From an uncultured candidate division WWE3 bacterium (GTDB lineage: Bacteria > Patescibacteriota > WWE3 > UBA101185 > UBA10185), in contig CAIRNR010000007.1 in the NCBI GenBank assembly GCA_903879985.1, forward strand, positions 412,880 through 463,518: 50,639 bases of DNA, written 5' to 3'. Made by a program: the position numbers and the translations under genes. Below, piece after piece: positions 46,352 through 50,639 of the stretch; the stretch's first letter is position 1, and each line of letters starts with the position of its first letter. The notes under the pieces are model-generated. The model was given only the letters and a program-made list of their open reading frames with translations, did no database searches and was not told the DNA's origin.

Positions 46352-47545
46352 TTATCCAAAAATTTCCCCGTAAATTACAGATAGCGCAGCTGTGTTTAGC
46401 CATTCTGCTCCCGAGACTTTTCCGGTTGCATCCATAATTTCCAGATCTGAAAAATTAATCTTCGTAAATTTAGGAGATTCTTTAAAAGGAATTGATCTGG
46501 TCCATGGTTCTGTTTCCATAGCATCCATTACGTCTGAGATATCCGCGCCAATTCCCGTGACATATACTTTTTCAGGAAATGTTTTAACTCCTGTAAATTC
46601 TTTATATAAAATTTCCATGCCCATAACCCAAATTTCTAAGGCATCTTTTAAACTGTTTTGAATTACAAATCCTTCGCTTTCGGTTAGTTTGCCCGCCATG
46701 TAACTGCGTAAAATGTGTTTTGCTTCAGATAAAGTTATTCCCATTTCCTCACTTATTTCTTTTACAAAATGATTGAATCCAATATTCAAACTTTTTGTAG
46801 CTACAATTCCGCCACCAAACACTATTGCCACGTTTGTAGCGTCCCAAGAAACGTCCATAATTATGTAATCCATCATTATGCGGTTAGTTTTTTTAATCCA
46901 CTGTGTCAAAGCGTAAAGCTCTGAACCCACAGCCAAAATCTTTAATCCTGTTTTTTTAGAAAGCTGCTGAAGAGAACCTAAATGAAAGCTTGGTGAAAAT
47001 GCATTAAAAACTGCAGCTTCTATTACAGAGCCTTCTTTTCCTTCTAGGTCAGCTATTTCTTGGTTATCCAATTTTAGGTAAACGTTGGATAAAGTTACAT
47101 TTTGCAGAGCAGCTTCGGCATCTCCTGTTGTTTCCAGATAATCGTTTTGTGCTTGAATTAATGCAGCGTCTCCGATTTTACTGTAAAGCACATCAAGCTC
47201 TTTTTTGGTGATAGGTCCTTTTTCTTCACGTCTAAGTCGTACAGTGGTCATTTGTCCCAGGCACAAGTCTCCAGTAACACCAAAGATTATATCCAAAATG
47301 TCTTCTTCAGAATTTTCTAACGCTGCTGTTACAACTGTATATAGTGCTAGTTCTACTTGTTCATTTTCAATGATTACGCCATTTCTTACGGCGTCCGGTA
47401 CAAGTTCCTGGCGACCATGTCCAATTATTTTGTATGTGGTTCCGTCGTGATAAAAAGCTAAACAACTAATATCGTTTGAATTAATTGTGACTGCCAAAAA
47501 TTTGTTTGAAGGTCCTTTGTTTTTTGAAAAGAAGGGAAGTTTCAT
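46352..47545 (-). CDS. FtsA-like actin-fold protein
   Basis: VRNGVII, IIMDVSWDATNVAI, VYVTGIGA (degenerate actin motifs). Confidence 0.75.
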   Translation of the reverse strand: MKLPFFSKNKGPSNKFLAVTINSNDISCLAFYHDGTTYKIIGHGRQELVPDAVRNGVIIENEQVELALYTVVTAALENSEEDILDIIFGVTGDLCLGQMTTVRLRREEKGPITKKELDVLYSKIGDAALIQAQNDYLETTGDAEAALQNVTLSNVYLKLDNQEIADLEGKEGSVIEAAVFNAFSPSFHLGSLQQLSKKTGLKILAVGSELYALTQWIKKTNRIMMDYIIMDVSWDATNVAIVFGGGIVATKSLNIGFNHFVKEISEEMGITLSEAKHILRSYMAGKLTESEGFVIQNSLKDALEIWVMGMEILYKEFTGVKTFPEKVYVTGIGADISDVMDAMETEPWTRSIPFKESPKFTKINFSDLEIMDATGKVSGAEWLNTAALSVIYGEIFG

Positions 47546-47585
47546 TAGGTAAATTCTATCGCCTTTAGCCTTTTACGGCAATTTT

Positions 47586-50006
47586 TTAGAAAGGTAACTT
47601 AGCTTTAGAAAACTCAGGAAGCGGGGGTAATTGTGGTTCGTTCATTCCTGCTCTAAGTTCTACGTATTTTTCTACTTCTTCTGCTGGCACGCCATATTTC
47701 ATGCGAGACATTTCTTTAAGTTCCAGTGCGAACTGTGGGTTTTTGGTAACAGCTGAAAGTTCTTTCCAGTCAACGTGCATAGAAAATGGTGCTGTTGGTT
47801 GTCCTTTAACTAATAAACGTACATAACAATTACCTACTGGCAAATTAATTAAGTCTGTTTTTGTAAATCTTGGGGTGAATTGATTTTCTAAAAATTCTGC
47901 ATCTTCTACGCCGATTCTGAATACGCACATAGTTCCAACGTTTCCAAAGATAGCGTCTTTAATCTGTTCATCGAGTTGTGAAATAAATTGGTGGGCAACT
48001 GTAAGGTTTAGTTTATATTTACGAGCCTCAGATAATATTGTGGCAAAATCTGGAGTAGCAAAGTTTTGGAACTCATCAACGTATAGGTAAAAGTGAGGGA
48101 AGTCTTGTCCGGCAACAACCATTTTATGTCTTCCTAATGCTGCCGACAAAATTCTTGGGACTAAAAGTAAGCCAATGAAGTTAGAGTTTTCCTCACCAAT
48201 CTTTCCTTTTGCTAAATCTACCAACAAAATTTTCTTTTGTGCCATTATTTCTGCCAAGTTAAATGACGATTTATGTTGTCCTAAAATGTTACGCATGGTT
48301 TTATCTGTAATGAATCGGTCAAACTTGGAAACGATATATCCCATGGTTTCACCTTTTCGATTTTGAGAAGTGTTGGCCACTTCGTCTGTCCAATAACGTT
48401 TAACCAAAGGATCGGTTAATTTATCCATAAACTTCTTGTGATATTTATCGTCGATTAGTAAACGCATAACATCTACAAATGTTGCATCTGGGTCAGACAT
48501 TGCTGTTAACATAACGTTTCTAATTGCACGCTCAAGTACCGGTCCCATAATTCCCTGGTGATTTGGATCGTAAAGTTTGTAGAGAAGCGCAATAAAGGAA
48601 TTAATTAACATGTGCTTTTCTTCTTCACTGTGAGCTTCAAGCATGTTAATACCCATTGGGCGTTCAGTATCGGCTGCGTCAAATAAAATAATATCGTCAC
48701 GTCTTTCAGGTGGGATCTTTTGTAGTAGTTCTTCAACGTCAGTTCCGTGTGGATCGATAATTGCTAATCCTCGACCTGCTTTTATATCCTGCATGGCCAA
48801 CCACATCATTAGTTGAGATTTACCTGTACCAGTTTGTCCAATAATGTAAAAGTGACGTGCGCGATCTTCTTCTTTCATAAAGATTTGCTTGGATACACCA
48901 CGGAATTCACTTTTACCTAAATAAAGGCCTTCATCGGGTATATTGGTTGGTGCTGCGGAACGTCGTGCGCCTAACCACATGATATTTGGTGTTTCTATAT
49001 TTTTATTTGGAAAATGAAAGACTGTAGCCATTTCAATAATATTTAATACGGCGCAGTTTGAAAAAACTTGAATTCCCATTACTGGAATATAAATTTCAGT
49101 AACCGAAAGTCTGCGAAATATAAAATCATCAATAAGTTTTTTGGGTGAAACAAACGTACGTTTAACTAGGCGGTTGTAATTCATATCTGTGAACTGCTCA
49201 AAAGCGGCAAGCATACTTTGAATATGTGTTTGCGTGCTTATTTTATCTTTGGAAATTGCGATAACTCTAATTTTTGTATTGAAACCTGCTTGGGCAATTT
49301 TCTTTTCTACTGCTTCCAAAAATGCGGTATCAATATTCACTTTTTTTTCAGGATTAGCACTTTTATCTTTTATTGAAGAAATAAAACGTCTTCCGGCCAA
49401 TCTCCAGTTATCGCTGGCTGGTTGCATAACATATTGCACGGCAATAACTTCGTCATCTTCAAGTTTACTCATGGAGTTTGTAATAGAACTCAATGAATCG
49501 TTTTTTAAATCCTCATAACCTTTGATTGGATAATAAGTTGGTCCTTTTAATTTTAATTCGGCAACTTGCGTAAAGGCGCCGCGATCCCAAATCTCTTGTG
49601 GATCTACAATATCTATTTCGGCCGAAGGATACGCAGCGTTTATTTGTTTTTCTACAAGTTGTGCTATTTCATCTGGGACTACTACATAAAAACCAATGCC
49701 GTTACTTTTGGAAACTATTTCAAAGGAAATTCTATATTGTCCTGTAAACAACGCCTTCCAAAATCCTTTTTTAAAACTGGAAATATTTGAAAACATATGT
49801 TCCGCTGCTTTTATTTCGATTTCGTTGTCAGGAGGAAGTTTAATTTGCAAAAATGTAAGTTTGTATTCGTTTAGTTTTTCGAATTTCGAACGCTTAATGT
49901 TAGCAATTACAATAACCGTACCGAAAATAAGGGATATCAAAATTATTGCGTACGCCATTATCCAAAATGTATTAAATATGACCGAAGATATATCAAGCGT
50001 GTTCAT
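47586..50006 (-). CDS. VirD4/TrwB-like coupling ATPase
   Basis: N-terminal TM; HFYIIGQTGTGKS, IDPHG, LYVDEFQNF, EARKY..AHQ. Confidence 0.88.
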   Translation of the reverse strand: MNTLDISSVIFNTFWIMAYAIILISLIFGTVIVIANIKRSKFEKLNEYKLTFLQIKLPPDNEIEIKAAEHMFSNISSFKKGFWKALFTGQYRISFEIVSKSNGIGFYVVVPDEIAQLVEKQINAAYPSAEIDIVDPQEIWDRGAFTQVAELKLKGPTYYPIKGYEDLKNDSLSSITNSMSKLEDDEVIAVQYVMQPASDNWRLAGRRFISSIKDKSANPEKKVNIDTAFLEAVEKKIAQAGFNTKIRVIAISKDKISTQTHIQSMLAAFEQFTDMNYNRLVKRTFVSPKKLIDDFIFRRLSVTEIYIPVMGIQVFSNCAVLNIIEMATVFHFPNKNIETPNIMWLGARRSAAPTNIPDEGLYLGKSEFRGVSKQIFMKEEDRARHFYIIGQTGTGKSQLMMWLAMQDIKAGRGLAIIDPHGTDVEELLQKIPPERRDDIILFDAADTERPMGINMLEAHSEEEKHMLINSFIALLYKLYDPNHQGIMGPVLERAIRNVMLTAMSDPDATFVDVMRLLIDDKYHKKFMDKLTDPLVKRYWTDEVANTSQNRKGETMGYIVSKFDRFITDKTMRNILGQHKSSFNLAEIMAQKKILLVDLAKGKIGEENSNFIGLLLVPRILSAALGRHKMVVAGQDFPHFYLYVDEFQNFATPDFATILSEARKYKLNLTVAHQFISQLDEQIKDAIFGNVGTMCVFRIGVEDAEFLENQFTPRFTKTDLINLPVGNCYVRLLVKGQPTAPFSMHVDWKELSAVTKNPQFALELKEMSRMKYGVPAEEVEKYVELRAGMNEPQLPPLPEFSKAKLPF

Positions 50007-50343
50007 GGGCAGTTTCAACTCCTTCAATAAAATGTGTTTCTTCTAGGTCAGCTATGGAAGTTAGGGTATCTGTGGTTGTTAATGTATGAAGTTGTTGGTG
50101 TTTTGCTGGCGCAGTTACTACGGTCTTTACTGGGGCTACAGGTTTTACTTGAACTGGTTGTGTCACTTGCTGGGCAGGTTGGTTTTTTTTATCGTCATCA
50201 TTTTGTTGTGGAAAAATTACTTGAGGACTGTTTTCAGGATTTACTTCGGGAGTAATCAATGAACCAATTTGTTCTTGAGTATGTTGCACAGGAGATACTT
50301 CTTCAATACCTTTAACAATTTGTGCAGTAGGCAGAATATCCAT
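49993..50343 (-). CDS. Low-complexity hypothetical protein
   Basis: 116-aa Q/P/T-rich ORF with a -10 hexamer 6 nt upstream. Confidence 0.65.
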   Translation of the reverse strand: MDILPTAQIVKGIEEVSPVQHTQEQIGSLITPEVNPENSPQVIFPQQNDDDKKNQPAQQVTQPVQVKPVAPVKTVVTAPAKHQQLHTLTTTDTLTSIADLEETHFIEGVETAHEHA

Positions 50344-50383
50344 GATTTTATTTTAACACCTTAAACGATGGTCGCTAAGAGAA

Positions 50384-50638
50384 CTAAGCTCTTTTGAAGA
50401 ATTGTTTCTTAAACTTTTTAGCCGTATCGCTAACTTCTGTTGCTGTGTCACTAACTTTGTCGCCGGCTTCAGCAATTAAATCTTCAAGTTCTTCTTTGTA
50501 AGGCTCAATCTCATCTTTAAGTTCTTCAAACTTTTCTTGAGCGTCATCTACAGCTTCTTTTCCTTTTTCCATATATTCTTCTGATTTCGATTTAATTTTT
50601 CGGCGGGTTTTTTCACCGGTATCAGGAGCAAATAAAAT
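50384..50638 (-). CDS. YtxH-domain protein (5' end outside window)
   Basis: Frame open to the window edge: ILFAPDTGEKTRRKIK followed by a charged helix. Confidence 0.8.
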   Translation of the reverse strand: MLFAPDTGEKTRRKIKSKSEEYMEKGKEAVDDAQEKFEELKDEIEPYKEELEDLIAEAGDKVSDTATEVSDTAKKFKKQFFKRA

Positions 50639-50639
50639 A

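Noticed and set aside
1-50639. CRISPR array, rRNA, or TGA recoding
   Set aside because: No spaced repeats or rRNA motifs seen; TGA ends dnaA and gatD at expected positions and long ORFs are intact in the standard code

Overview
This is a low-GC bacterial chromosome segment using the standard code (TGA acts as stop). Gene content fits a Patescibacteria/CPR genome, possibly WWE3/Microgenomates-like; this taxonomy is inference. 1-4.4 kb is the right end of an element integrated at the tmRNA 3' end: a structured C4/CI-like RNA, small accessory genes, a SpoVG-like gene and a large serine recombinase that reads into ssrA. ssrA and smpB follow. 5.4-19.6 kb is an envelope/pilus region: giant Cys-rich secreted proteins, a VirB6-like membrane protein, a HExxH protein, four VirB2/TrbC-type pilins (one frameshifted) and a SpoIID/LytB enzyme. 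After rplY, 23.5-30.2 kb is an SD-led five-gene operon headed by an M23 + lytic transglycosylase fusion, with two hairpin + boxA-like leaders. Housekeeping genes follow (valS, proS, tsaD, gatD/murT), then a clear oriC between murT and dnaA, and a cluster of HAD, YqgF, baseplate-J-like, FtsA-like, VirD4-like ATPase and YtxH genes. Many transcription units have a -10 hexamer exactly 6 nt before the start codon, suggesting leaderless mRNAs. All calls are by eye from motifs; no searches were run.
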